Positions 40,414-49,258 of a DNA stretch of 52,215 bases are shown piece after piece. The stretch's first letter is position 1. Each line of letters starts with the position of its first letter. The notes below the pieces were generated by a model. The model saw only the letters and a list, made by a program, of their open reading frames with translations. It did not search any database and was not told the origin of the DNA. This DNA comes from Candidatus Woesearchaeota archaeon. Lineage in GTDB: Archaea; Nanobdellota; Nanobdellia; Pacearchaeales; GW2011-AR1. The position numbers and the translations under genes were made by a program. The stretch spans positions 7,705-59,919 of the forward strand of contig CAYQOK010000002.1 of assembly GCA_964419155.1 (NCBI GenBank). The letters run 5' to 3'.

Positions 40414-42246
40414 ATGCAAAAGAAAAAATTTTATATTACTACCCCAATATATTATCCAAACGACATCCCACATATTGGTCATGCCTATACTTCTATTGTA
40501 GCAGATGTTTTAGCAAGATGGAAAAAAATTCAGGATTATGATGTTTTTTTCTTAACTGGAACAGATGATCATGGCAAAAAAATTGCACAAGCAGCTGAAA
40601 AAAAAGGAAAAACTCCAAAGGAGTTTACAGACGAACTTATTCCCAAGTTCAAGGATGCTTGGAAAAAACTTAATATAGAATATAATCAATTTATAAGAAC
40701 AACAGATAAAAATCATGAAAATGTTATAAAAAAGATTTTACAAAAAGTTTATGATAAAGGAGATATTTATTTAGGAGAATATGAAGGATTATACTGTACT
40801 GGTTGCGAAGCATATTATACTGAAAAAGATTTAGAAGACGGTTGTTGTCCAATACATAAAACAAAAGTTGAGAATTTAAAAGAAAAAAGTTATTTCTTTA
40901 AGTTAAGCAAATACCAAGATAAACTTTTAAAGTTATATAAAGAACATCCAGAAATAATAATGCCTGAATCAAAAAGAAATGAAGTCATTAGTAGAGTTAA
41001 AGAAGGCCTTAGGGATTTAAGTGTTTCTAGAACTAATTTTAATTGGGGAATTCCATTACCCTTTGATAAAAAACATGTTTGTTATGTTTGGTTTGATGCC
41101 TTATTTAATTATTATTCTGCAACAAGAGAAAACAATAAAGAAAAATATTGGCCAACAAATATTCACTTAATTGGAAAAGATATTCTATGGTTTCATGCAG
41201 TTTATTGGCCTGCTTTTTTAATGTCTGCAGGAATTGATTTACCTAAAATGATTTTTGCTCATGGCTGGTGGACTTTTAATAAAGAAAAAATTTCTAAGTC
41301 TAGGGGAAGAGTTTTAAATATTGATGAACTAATCTCTATTGCAGGAGTTGATTCAGCAAGATATTTTTTACTTCGTGCAACACCATTTGGAGAAGATGGA
41401 GATTTTTCAGAACAAGCCCTTATAAAAAGACACAATCACGAACTAGCAAATAAATTAGGAAACTTGGTTTCAAGAACAACGACATTAGCTGAAAAATATA
41501 AAATAAAACAACCAACAAATTATAGTAAGAATAAAGCATTACTAAAAAAACTTAAAATAAAAGAAATTCAAAAAAATTTTGATAATTATGAATTTGATAA
41601 GGCATTATCAAATATCTTTAGTTTTGTTGATATATGCAATGAGTATATACAAGATAAAAAACCTTGGGAAACAAAAGATCAAACAGTTTTATATGAACTA
41701 ATTGATAGTATCAAAGCAATTGCCATTTTACTTTGGCCATTTATTCCAGAAACCAGTGAAAAGATTGCAGAACAACTTAATTTTAAAATTAAATTTAAAA
41801 ACCTAGAAAAACCCATTAAATTAATAAGTATTAAAAAATCAGATATTTTATTTCAAAAGATTAATGAAGATATAAAAAATATGGAAAAAACAAAACAAAC
41901 AGAGAGAAAAAATACTAATTTGATTAGTTATGAAGATTTTGCAAAAATCGATTTAAGAGTTGCAAAAATAATAGCAGTTGAAGAGATTCCAGGAGCAGAT
42001 AAGTTATATAAACTAACTGTTGATCTTGAAACAGAACAAAGAACAATATTAGCAGGAATTAAAAAATACTATACCCAACAAGAATTATTAAATAGAAGAT
42101 GTATCATTGTTTATAATCTACAACCTAGGAAAATGAGGGGTATTGATAGCCAGGGGATGTTATTAGCTGCAGAAAATGATGATCAATCAGAAGTAGTTCT
42201 TTTACAACCAGAAAGACCAATTAATGAAGGATCAAGAATTAGATAA
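40414..42246 (+). CDS. metG: Methionyl-tRNA synthetase with C-terminal tRNA-binding (Trbp111-like) domain
   Basis: Has the HIGH region PHIGHAYT, a CTGC...CPIH knuckle, KISKSRG (KMSKS) and the C-terminal DLRVAKI...HP-like OB domain. Confidence 0.95.
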   Translation: MQKKKFYITTPIYYPNDIPHIGHAYTSIVADVLARWKKIQDYDVFFLTGTDDHGKKIAQAAEKKGKTPKEFTDELIPKFKDAWKKLNIEYNQFIRTTDKNHENVIKKILQKVYDKGDIYLGEYEGLYCTGCEAYYTEKDLEDGCCPIHKTKVENLKEKSYFFKLSKYQDKLLKLYKEHPEIIMPESKRNEVISRVKEGLRDLSVSRTNFNWGIPLPFDKKHVCYVWFDALFNYYSATRENNKEKYWPTNIHLIGKDILWFHAVYWPAFLMSAGIDLPKMIFAHGWWTFNKEKISKSRGRVLNIDELISIAGVDSARYFLLRATPFGEDGDFSEQALIKRHNHELANKLGNLVSRTTTLAEKYKIKQPTNYSKNKALLKKLKIKEIQKNFDNYEFDKALSNIFSFVDICNEYIQDKKPWETKDQTVLYELIDSIKAIAILLWPFIPETSEKIAEQLNFKIKFKNLEKPIKLISIKKSDILFQKINEDIKNMEKTKQTERKNTNLISYEDFAKIDLRVAKIIAVEEIPGADKLYKLTVDLETEQRTILAGIKKYYTQQELLNRRCIIVYNLQPRKMRGIDSQGMLLAAENDDQSEVVLLQPERPINEGSRIR

Positions 42247-42247
42247 T

Positions 42248-42445
42248 CTAATTTTTTATTTTTCTAATAAAACCTTCTTTTTCTAAAAAATATAATGCAT
42301 CAATGGATTTACTTGTTCGTTCAGGATCTTTTAAATCATAATTTTCAATTTTTTTAATTAAATCATTTCTTTCCAATCTATAATTATTTAAATCTGAAAA
42401 AACATTAGCAATTGCATAAGATGCATAATTTATAAAATCACTCAT
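42248..42445 (-). CDS. Hypothetical 65-aa protein
   Basis: Small ORF 10 nt downstream of groEL on the same strand, with no motif. Confidence 0.35.
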   Translation of the reverse strand: MSDFINYASYAIANVFSDLNNYRLERNDLIKKIENYDLKDPERTSKSIDALYFLEKEGFIRKIKN

Positions 42446-42455
42446 TTTTAAGATA

Positions 42456-44066
42456 TTAAATACTACTTAAGTCAGGCATAGAATCTTTTTCTTTTTTATC
42501 TCCTACTTCTGAGATTATTGCATCACTAGTTAAAATAAGTGATGCTACGCTTGCTGCGCCTTGTAATGCAACCCTTACAACCTTAACTGGATCAATAACT
42601 CCCCTTTCAATTAAATCAACAATCTCTCCTGCCCTTGCATCATAACCTTGATTCTCATCATTCATTTCTTTTATCTTTTCAACGTAAACAAACCCATTTT
42701 TACCTGAATTTTCAACTAATTGAATTACAGGTTCTTCTAAAGATCTTCTTATAATATCTACGCCAATGTTTTCATCTTCTTGAAGTTTAAAATTACTTAG
42801 TGACTTAGATGCATTTAATAATGCAATTCCGCCCCCAACAACATAACCTTCTTCAACAGCAGCTCTTGTTGCGTTTAAAGCATCATCAATTCTCAATTTT
42901 TTTTCTTTAAGCTCTGTCTCAGTAGCTGCTCCAACTTCAATAACTGCAACACCACCCATTAGCTTACCAAGTCTTTTTCTCAAATTATCTTTCTCATAAT
43001 CTGAAGATTCATTTTTAATTTGTAATTCAATAGACCGAACTCTTTTTTCAATATTCTCATTATTTCCTTGCCCCCCAATAATAAGTGTTTTATCTTTAGC
43101 ACACCTAACTTTTTCAGTAGTTCCTAAATAATTAACAGCATCACTAATTTTTATTCCTTTTTCAGAACTAATTACTTCCCCGCCTGTTAAGATAGCAATA
43201 TCTTCTAAAATCTGTTTTTTTTCCTCACCAAAACCCGGACTTTTAATAGCACAACACTTTATAGTTCCTCTAAGAATATTTAAAATAAGTGTTGCTAAAA
43301 CTTCTTGACTTAATCCTTCACTAATAATCAAAAGTGGTCTGGATTCTTGCATAGATTTTTCAATTACAGGAACAAAATCTTGCACATTATTTATATTTCC
43401 ATCATAAATTAAAACAAGAGGAGATTCCAATACAGATTCCATTTTTTCTTGATCAGTAATCATATAAGGGCTTTCAAAACCCTCATTTAATTCCATACCC
43501 TCAACAACTTTTAATTTTGTTTCAATAGAATTAGATTCTTCAACAGTTATTATTCCTTCATTTCCTACTTTTTTCATAGCATCAAAAATTAATTTACCAA
43601 TTACCTCATCATTATTTGCAGAAATTGTTGCTACTTGTTGTATTTTCTCATCAGAATCAACCATTATCTTTTTATTATTTAAAAATTCAACTACATTTTC
43701 AACTGCTTTTTCAATTCCTTTTTTAATTTGAATTGAATTAGCACCAGAAGAAATATTTTTAAGTCCTTGTTTAACAATAGATTGTAATAATAATGAAGAA
43801 GTTGTTGTTCCATCTCCCACCTTTGACTGGGTTTTTTGAGCAACTTCTTTAACTAATTCAGCTCCAACTTTTTCAAAACCTTCTTCTAATTCAATTTCTT
43901 CTGCAATTGTAACTCCATCATTAACAATTTCTACACTATATCCTTTTGATAAAACAACATTTTTTCCCTGAGGTCCCAATGTAATTTTAATTGCATTTAC
44001 TGCAGTATCAATTCCATTCATTAATTGTTTTCTTGCTTCTTCTCCAAAAATTATTTTTTTTACCAT
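42456..44066 (-). CDS. groEL: Group I chaperonin GroEL (Cpn60)
   Basis: Has KKIIFGEEARKQL, ITLGPQGKNVVL, AGDGTTT-like VGDGTTT and GGGIALL. It lacks a C-terminal GGM repeat. Confidence 0.93.
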   Translation of the reverse strand: MVKKIIFGEEARKQLMNGIDTAVNAIKITLGPQGKNVVLSKGYSVEIVNDGVTIAEEIELEEGFEKVGAELVKEVAQKTQSKVGDGTTTSSLLLQSIVKQGLKNISSGANSIQIKKGIEKAVENVVEFLNNKKIMVDSDEKIQQVATISANNDEVIGKLIFDAMKKVGNEGIITVEESNSIETKLKVVEGMELNEGFESPYMITDQEKMESVLESPLVLIYDGNINNVQDFVPVIEKSMQESRPLLIISEGLSQEVLATLILNILRGTIKCCAIKSPGFGEEKKQILEDIAILTGGEVISSEKGIKISDAVNYLGTTEKVRCAKDKTLIIGGQGNNENIEKRVRSIELQIKNESSDYEKDNLRKRLGKLMGGVAVIEVGAATETELKEKKLRIDDALNATRAAVEEGYVVGGGIALLNASKSLSNFKLQEDENIGVDIIRRSLEEPVIQLVENSGKNGFVYVEKIKEMNDENQGYDARAGEIVDLIERGVIDPVKVVRVALQGAASVASLILTSDAIISEVGDKKEKDSMPDLSSI

Positions 44067-44083
44067 TTTAAATTTTAAAAAAA

Positions 44084-44350
44084 TTATTCAATTATTTTTG
44101 CAATAATATTTTTTATATCAATTATAATCAATTCTTGATTATCAACCTTAATAGATTCTTCAACATAACCAGAGTATATAACCTTATCTCCTGGTTGAAC
44201 TTTTATATTCGGACCATCTCCAATTGTAATAACCTCTGCTTGTTTTTTCTTTTCAATAGCATCCTCAGTAAGATAAATTCCAGATGCAGTTCTTAATTCT
44301 TGTTTTATGGGCTTAAGTAAAACCCTATCACCCAAAGGTTTAATGTTCAT
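44084..44350 (-). CDS. groES: Co-chaperonin GroES (Cpn10)
   Basis: MNIKPLGDRVLLKP...ASGIYL... is the classic Cpn10 pattern. It lies directly upstream of groEL. Confidence 0.9.
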   Translation of the reverse strand: MNIKPLGDRVLLKPIKQELRTASGIYLTEDAIEKKKQAEVITIGDGPNIKVQPGDKVIYSGYVEESIKVDNQELIIIDIKNIIAKIIE

Positions 44351-44528
44351 TTTTATAATTTGATTGAAAATTTATATTATATAAACTAACAAAGTTATTT
44401 AAAAATTTTATGGTAAAACAAAACATACATAAAAAAATAAAAAAGATTTAAAAAATTAAAGCTCAAAAAATAAAACCTTAATTAATAAACAAAAAGATAT
44501 ATAAAGCATTTTTAATAAAATAAATTAC

Positions 44529-45740
44529 ATGGGAAATAAAGTTCCTAAAAAAAAGGGGATAAAATCTGTTAAAAAAAATAAACAGATTAAAAAAAACATA
44601 AAAGCATATTACTTAATTGGAATCTTAATAACCGGATTAATCTTAATTTCAATAATAATTCTCTTAAAAACTAAAACAGAAATAGATTTAGGGAATAAGA
44701 CAAATATTACAAGAGAAAATATACAAAATAATGAAACTAAATCAACAACTAAAACCGCAGATAATAATCAAACAGAAGAAGATAACATCCCAAAAGACAG
44801 TTACATTAAAAAAAGTGATAATTATAAAGGTTATAAAGAAGAACCAGTAAATAACGAATCAAAACTATTAGATACAGATGGTTTTAAATTAAATGGAGAG
44901 ATAATAACATTAAATCATTGGAAAAGGGGTATTTGTTCTGATAACTCAAGCAGCTATGAGGATTCTTGTGAAGGGTCTATATTAGATGAATATTATTTGG
45001 AAGATAATGTCTGCAAATTAAATACTTTTGATTGCAATAATTTTTTAGAATTTTATAAAGAAGGAACCCAAATCGGTTGTTACAAAGGGGAATGTGTTCT
45101 TAAGGAAACTGGAAAAAACTACTCTTATAAAGGTGAAGTTATTGACAATAATCAAAAAATATATTGGGATGAATGTATTAATAATGATTTACTAAAGGAA
45201 TATTTTTTATCTGATTCATTTTCAACAGTATTTAAAGAGATTTCCTGTTCAGAAAAGTATGGTCTAGATTATTATTGTTCAGAAGGTGCTTGTATTAAAT
45301 CTGCAGATAAGAATCTTGCTTTAGATAGCGATAATGGAGAAGATATTCTAATTAAAGGAACTTGCGAATCTGTAATAAACGGAAACAATACTGATTATTG
45401 CACTGATTCAAAGAGATTAGTAGAATACTTTGTAGATTTAGAAGATAACTCTAAATGTAGTTCAAAAACAATTGATTGTCCTGGAAATTGTAGATTTGGA
45501 AAATGTAATGCAGAAGATTTTGATTTTGGAAAAAACTATACCACCCAATCATTTTGTGGGGGTATAAAAATTAATTATGATTCTTGTAACTGTTTAAATG
45601 ATGGAAATCCCTGTTATTCTCTAAAAGAATGGTTTACTTCAGAAAATACTTGCGATTATGAAATAGTTGATTGTAGAACTGTTTTAGGAAATGAACAAGC
45701 AAAATGTTATAATGGATATTGCACAATACAAAGAATTTAA
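44529..45740 (+). CDS. Membrane-anchored Cys-rich extracellular protein
   Basis: Has a Lys-rich N-terminus, one TM helix (YYLIGILITGLILISIIILL), then many spaced Cys with recurring C-x-x-G-x-C motifs. Confidence 0.6.
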   Translation: MGNKVPKKKGIKSVKKNKQIKKNIKAYYLIGILITGLILISIIILLKTKTEIDLGNKTNITRENIQNNETKSTTKTADNNQTEEDNIPKDSYIKKSDNYKGYKEEPVNNESKLLDTDGFKLNGEIITLNHWKRGICSDNSSSYEDSCEGSILDEYYLEDNVCKLNTFDCNNFLEFYKEGTQIGCYKGECVLKETGKNYSYKGEVIDNNQKIYWDECINNDLLKEYFLSDSFSTVFKEISCSEKYGLDYYCSEGACIKSADKNLALDSDNGEDILIKGTCESVINGNNTDYCTDSKRLVEYFVDLEDNSKCSSKTIDCPGNCRFGKCNAEDFDFGKNYTTQSFCGGIKINYDSCNCLNDGNPCYSLKEWFTSENTCDYEIVDCRTVLGNEQAKCYNGYCTIQRI

Positions 45741-45862
45741 ATAAATAAAAATAAAAAGCAGATATCTAAATTAAATTAGTATAATTTGGGATAACCCTAC
45801 AAAAAACTCCTAAAAAATTGTAAAAAATAAAATATTTTTATAAAAGATTTCAAGAAATATAT

Positions 45863-46291
45863 CTAAATCCCCTCATCTTGAGCATCTTCTGGATGGTGAT
45901 ATAACATATGATCTAATAATGAACATTTTGTAACTAATTGATTTTCTTTATTCCATTCAAAATTTTTAACTGAATCATAACCTGCAGATTTTAAAATAAT
46001 CCTCATATCTAATGAATTTCCATTTGCATCAGATAATCTCTTAAGTGTTACCGTAGTTAAATTATTATGGGGGTTAGTTAAATAATCTCTGCCAAAATGT
46101 CTTGCTTTTTTTACTGCACTAACTATTGCACTCAGATTATCCTCTGCAACCAGTTTTTCATTTAATTCTAAACAATCTGGATTTCTAATTCCATAACCAT
46201 AACAAACACCACAATCAATTTTAAAAGTTGCTTTATATTCCATTCTCAAAATAATAGAACAATTAGATTTAAAAGAATTATTATAATCCAA
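45863..46291 (-). CDS. Hypothetical protein (first gene of the accessory region)
   Basis: A 142-aa ORF with CGVCYGYG near the N-terminus and no recognised family. The start may be the internal MEYKATF. Confidence 0.45.
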   Translation of the reverse strand: MDYNNSFKSNCSIILRMEYKATFKIDCGVCYGYGIRNPDCLELNEKLVAEDNLSAIVSAVKKARHFGRDYLTNPHNNLTTVTLKRLSDANGNSLDMRIILKSAGYDSVKNFEWNKENQLVTKCSLLDHMLYHHPEDAQDEGI

Positions 46292-46389
46292 AATATTGTT
46301 ATATTAAATTAAAATAACATTTTAAAATTAAAAACTAATCAAAAAACTATAGATAATTCACAATTTCTTTTGATATAACATCTTAAAAT

Positions 46390-46740
46390 TCTTTAAGCTC
46401 TTTAGGAAATTTATCAAAAGTTTTATAATTATCTGGGTAGAATTGTGAGTAATATAACAATTTATTCTTAAGATTTACTTAAATGGGTTTTAACCAAAAG
46501 GTTTCCCAAACCTCACCCTTAACCCAATCTTTTTTATCTAAATCAATTCATTTTATAGAATATTTCTTAACAAACCGCCTATCAGGAATAACTATGGTTT
46601 CCCATTCTGAAATTGGTTTTTTATTTTTTAGAAATGGTTTTTTATTAATTAAAACTTGTTTTATAACACTATAGCCCCTATAAATATAATCAAAAGAAAT
46701 TGCTTCATTATTAATTCCTACAGAGATAAAAAAATGTTTT
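46390..46740 (-). pseudogene. Possible decayed gene remnant (three consecutive reading-frame pieces)
   Basis: Hand translation of the minus strand gives three pieces separated by stops or frame changes: SVGINNEAISFDYIYRGYSVIKQVLINKKPFLKNKKPISEWETIVIPDRRFVKKYSIK, then IDLDKKDWVKGEVWETFWLKPI, then VNLKNKLLYYSQFYPDNYKTFDKFPKELKEF. Confidence 0.3.
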
Positions 46741-46853
46741 TAAGAAAGAGATTATAATCAATTCCAATCTTTAGATTATTAAAACTATCTAATAAATATC
46801 ATTGATTAAATCATCTGTAGCACTTAATTAAATCTAAAAATAGCATATACAAA

Positions 46854-47321
46854 TCAAAAAAGATTATTATGTTTTTTAACTGCAAAAAACCAACACTTTT
46901 CATTATCATATTTTGGATTAGATTTCCAAATCTTCTTAAAATAAGTTAATTTGTACTTATGTTCATCACCAAAAAACGGGTCATAAAAATAAATATACTT
47001 GCCATCAATTTTTTTTAAAATAGAATAATGATCAGTTTTTTCAGGAAGATAAAAATAACAAATTATAATTATAAAACCCTTCTTTTGATATTCTTTTAAG
47101 CTATTAATTGTTGCATTTCTCATTACAATATAATTTAATTTGAATTTTTCTGCAACAATTGGAAAACTTTTATGCCAAGTACCCCTTACTTTATTTGTGT
47201 TAAGTAATTTTGCAACTTGTTTTTCAGATTTTTTAAACCCACAAAATTCAAGAACCATCCTCATAGTAGAAGCCCCACAAGTATACTTGGTTTCTTGTTT
47301 ATGAAATGGAAATCTAGTCAT
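46854..47321 (-). CDS. Stand-alone C39-like papain-fold cysteine peptidase
   Basis: Has Q-x5-C (HKQETKYTCGASTMRMVL) near the N-terminus and a downstream His (KTDHYSIL), as in Peptidase_C39/C39_2 domains. No fused ABC transporter. Confidence 0.65.
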   Translation of the reverse strand: MTRFPFHKQETKYTCGASTMRMVLEFCGFKKSEKQVAKLLNTNKVRGTWHKSFPIVAEKFKLNYIVMRNATINSLKEYQKKGFIIIICYFYLPEKTDHYSILKKIDGKYIYFYDPFFGDEHKYKLTYFKKIWKSNPKYDNEKCWFFAVKKHNNLF

Positions 47322-47506
47322 AAGTTATATGCAGTTCCTTAACTTTATATAATTATTGTTAAATCTCAAAATAAAGTTATAGGAATCACGTTTATATTGT
47401 TTTAAAATAAGATTTTTTAAGTGATGATTAAATAAAAAAGACTCTGTATTTTTTGTTTCTTTTTTTGAAAAAAAATTTAAACCTAAATACAATTACAACT
47501 AACATT

Positions 47507-47576
47507 GAGCTTAAGAAGAATTTTCAAAGTAATTGAAGATTCATGTAGAGTCTGCAAAGCGAAGCTCTTTAAGCTC
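47507..47576. repeat. CTTAAG-bounded imperfect hairpin (spacer R0)
   Basis: GAGCTTAAG (47507-47515) pairs with CTTTAAGCTC (47567-47576), with one extra T. An inner stem GAATTTTCAA/TTGAAGATTC is present. The architecture matches 52010-52133. Confidence 0.6.
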
Positions 47577-47640
47577 TGTTATGTGTTTTTTCTCCACAAA
47601 AAAAATTACATAGTGAAACAGAACAACAGTATGATACAAT

Positions 47641-48072
47641 TCAACCAGACAGATATCTTGAAATCAAGTCAACTTTTTCTTTACGATTAATTAATTGATA
47701 AAATCTTTTAGCATATTCAAGAGGCAAGATTGGAATTTTCAAATCATTCCAAAAGATTTTTTCAGTTTTATCAAACATATCTAATTCTCTATCGCCATAA
47801 GAATTAATTTCAATTTCAAAATTATTAATATCGCAAACAATAGAGTAACCATTTATTTTTTGACTGAAAAAATCTTTGATAATATATTTTTTCAGGGCGT
47901 TTCTAAAAATCTCAATGCCTTCATAATTTGTAGTAATATCTAAATCTTGAACTAAAACTTCAACACCTTGAATCTTAAGATTTGCACTACCTTCTAATCT
48001 CCAAATAAATTCTTTACCTTTAAGATTATCTAAAATGATTTGTAAAATTTCTTTGATATCTTTTTCATCCAT
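47641..48072 (-). CDS. Minimal nucleotidyltransferase-fold protein (pol-beta superfamily)
   Basis: Has G-S then D-x-D (LEGSANLKIQGVEVLVQDLDITT), the hallmark of MNT/KNTase-like NTases. Confidence 0.6.
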   Translation of the reverse strand: MDEKDIKEILQIILDNLKGKEFIWRLEGSANLKIQGVEVLVQDLDITTNYEGIEIFRNALKKYIIKDFFSQKINGYSIVCDINNFEIEINSYGDRELDMFDKTEKIFWNDLKIPILPLEYAKRFYQLINRKEKVDLISRYLSG

Positions 48073-48144
48073 AATGCTAAAAAATTCTTTAATCTATATA
48101 AATTTTCTTAAGAGGCAAACCAAGTAATATTTCGTCTAACATCT

Positions 48145-48214
48145 GGATTTAGAAAAGTTTTTACAAAGCAAAAATTTGGGAAAATCTAGAGCAGAGAGAT
48201 TTTCCCCTAAATCC
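48145..48214. repeat. Nested hairpin in spacer R1
   Basis: GGATTTAG (48145-48152) pairs with CTAAATCC (48207-48214). Perfect 10-bp inner stem GGGAAAATCT (48178-48187) / AGATTTTCCC (48197-48206). Confidence 0.6.
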
Positions 48215-48367
48215 TTATTAAACATCCAAAACGAAGTGGGGGGTGATCAAGAATTTTTCACTTCGTGAAAAATTAAAGAAGTAGTTTTATGAGTGTATCT
48301 ATATTAATTTAAGGGTAGTAATCCAAACGAAAGAGTTATAAATAAATAGTGATATCCTAAATTTATT

Positions 48368-48772
48368 ATGACAGAAAATCAAAATCCACAATATGTTAAA
48401 AAAGAAGACGGAAAAGTGACCCTTATAGAAAGAGTGACAGATGGGCTTAAAGCAATTCCCCCAATTTTAGGATGCACTGCTGGAGCTTATTTATTAGATT
48501 TTTCTGGATACATAAGCAATGTTGCTGAAATTTTGCCGGCAAATAATTTGAATTTAGGATATCATCTTGCAGCAGGTTCGGGTTTATATGGAGGATACAC
48601 TTCTAAAGAAAATAGAAAAATTGCATCACTTGTAATTTTAGCAAGTTCTTTTATCCCTGAAATTATAATGTTTACCCAAGATGGAAATTTAAGAAGTGTA
48701 GGAACAACTTCTGCTACAAAGTTGATTGGCTATGAAGTTGGTTATATAATCGGATATATTTTTGGAGAATAA
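48368..48772 (+). CDS. Gly-rich putative membrane protein with C-terminal glycine-zipper
   Basis: Has hydrophobic/Gly-rich segments (ILGCTAGAYLL, AAGSGLYGGY) and the terminal GYEVGYIIGYIFGE. No known family recognised. Confidence 0.45.
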   Translation: MTENQNPQYVKKEDGKVTLIERVTDGLKAIPPILGCTAGAYLLDFSGYISNVAEILPANNLNLGYHLAAGSGLYGGYTSKENRKIASLVILASSFIPEIIMFTQDGNLRSVGTTSATKLIGYEVGYIIGYIFGE

Positions 48773-48837
48773 ACCTTTCGCGTTCTATAATTTTAGCCCA
48801 AATCTCAAATTGAAACGAACATCACGATTAAAAAAAG

Positions 48838-48867
48838 TTAAAATTTTGGGTTGCTTCAAAATTTTAA
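48838..48867. other. Perfect 11-bp stem-loop downstream of 48368..48772
   Basis: Stem TTAAAATTTTG, loop ggttgctt, stem CAAAATTTTAA, followed by TTT. It lies 66 nt after the stop codon and is a possible terminator. Confidence 0.35.
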
Positions 48868-49063
48868 TTTAAGCGATTTTCTGCGAGATGTCTAAAGGAT
48901 TTTTTTTCTCAAAAAAAAACCGCAAAGTTGTTCGAAGGCACTTGTATTAATTTTAAAAATGGCACTTCAGGACTGCGGGACGCTGTCAAAATAAATAAGA
49001 AATGTGTGCGTCTTCTTTGCTTCTTTCTTTCTAAGAAAGAGGGGGGCACTTTTCTTTTTACTT

Positions 49064-49258
49064 TCAAAACTCTCTCCATTCAATTCCCAAATCCATAAAG
49101 TCTATTTCTGCAAATCTATTAAGATTTATCCTTCCCTTTCCTGTAAGATACTTAAAAATTTCCATTGTTTGAATATTTGCTACCGCTCCAGCAATTGGTC
49201 CGAGGTTTCCCGTCTGTCTAATGTCTCTTATCTTTTCTAAATCTTTTAGAGTGTCCAT
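49064..49258 (-). CDS. C-terminal fragment of the E1-like (ThiF/MoeB) enzyme, separated by a frameshift
   Basis: GNLGPIAGAVANIQTMEIFKYLTG matches the conserved post-crossover helix of ThiF/MoeB. It overlaps the upstream ORF by 13 nt in a different frame. Confidence 0.65.
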   Translation of the reverse strand: MDTLKDLEKIRDIRQTGNLGPIAGAVANIQTMEIFKYLTGKGRINLNRFAEIDFMDLGIEWREF

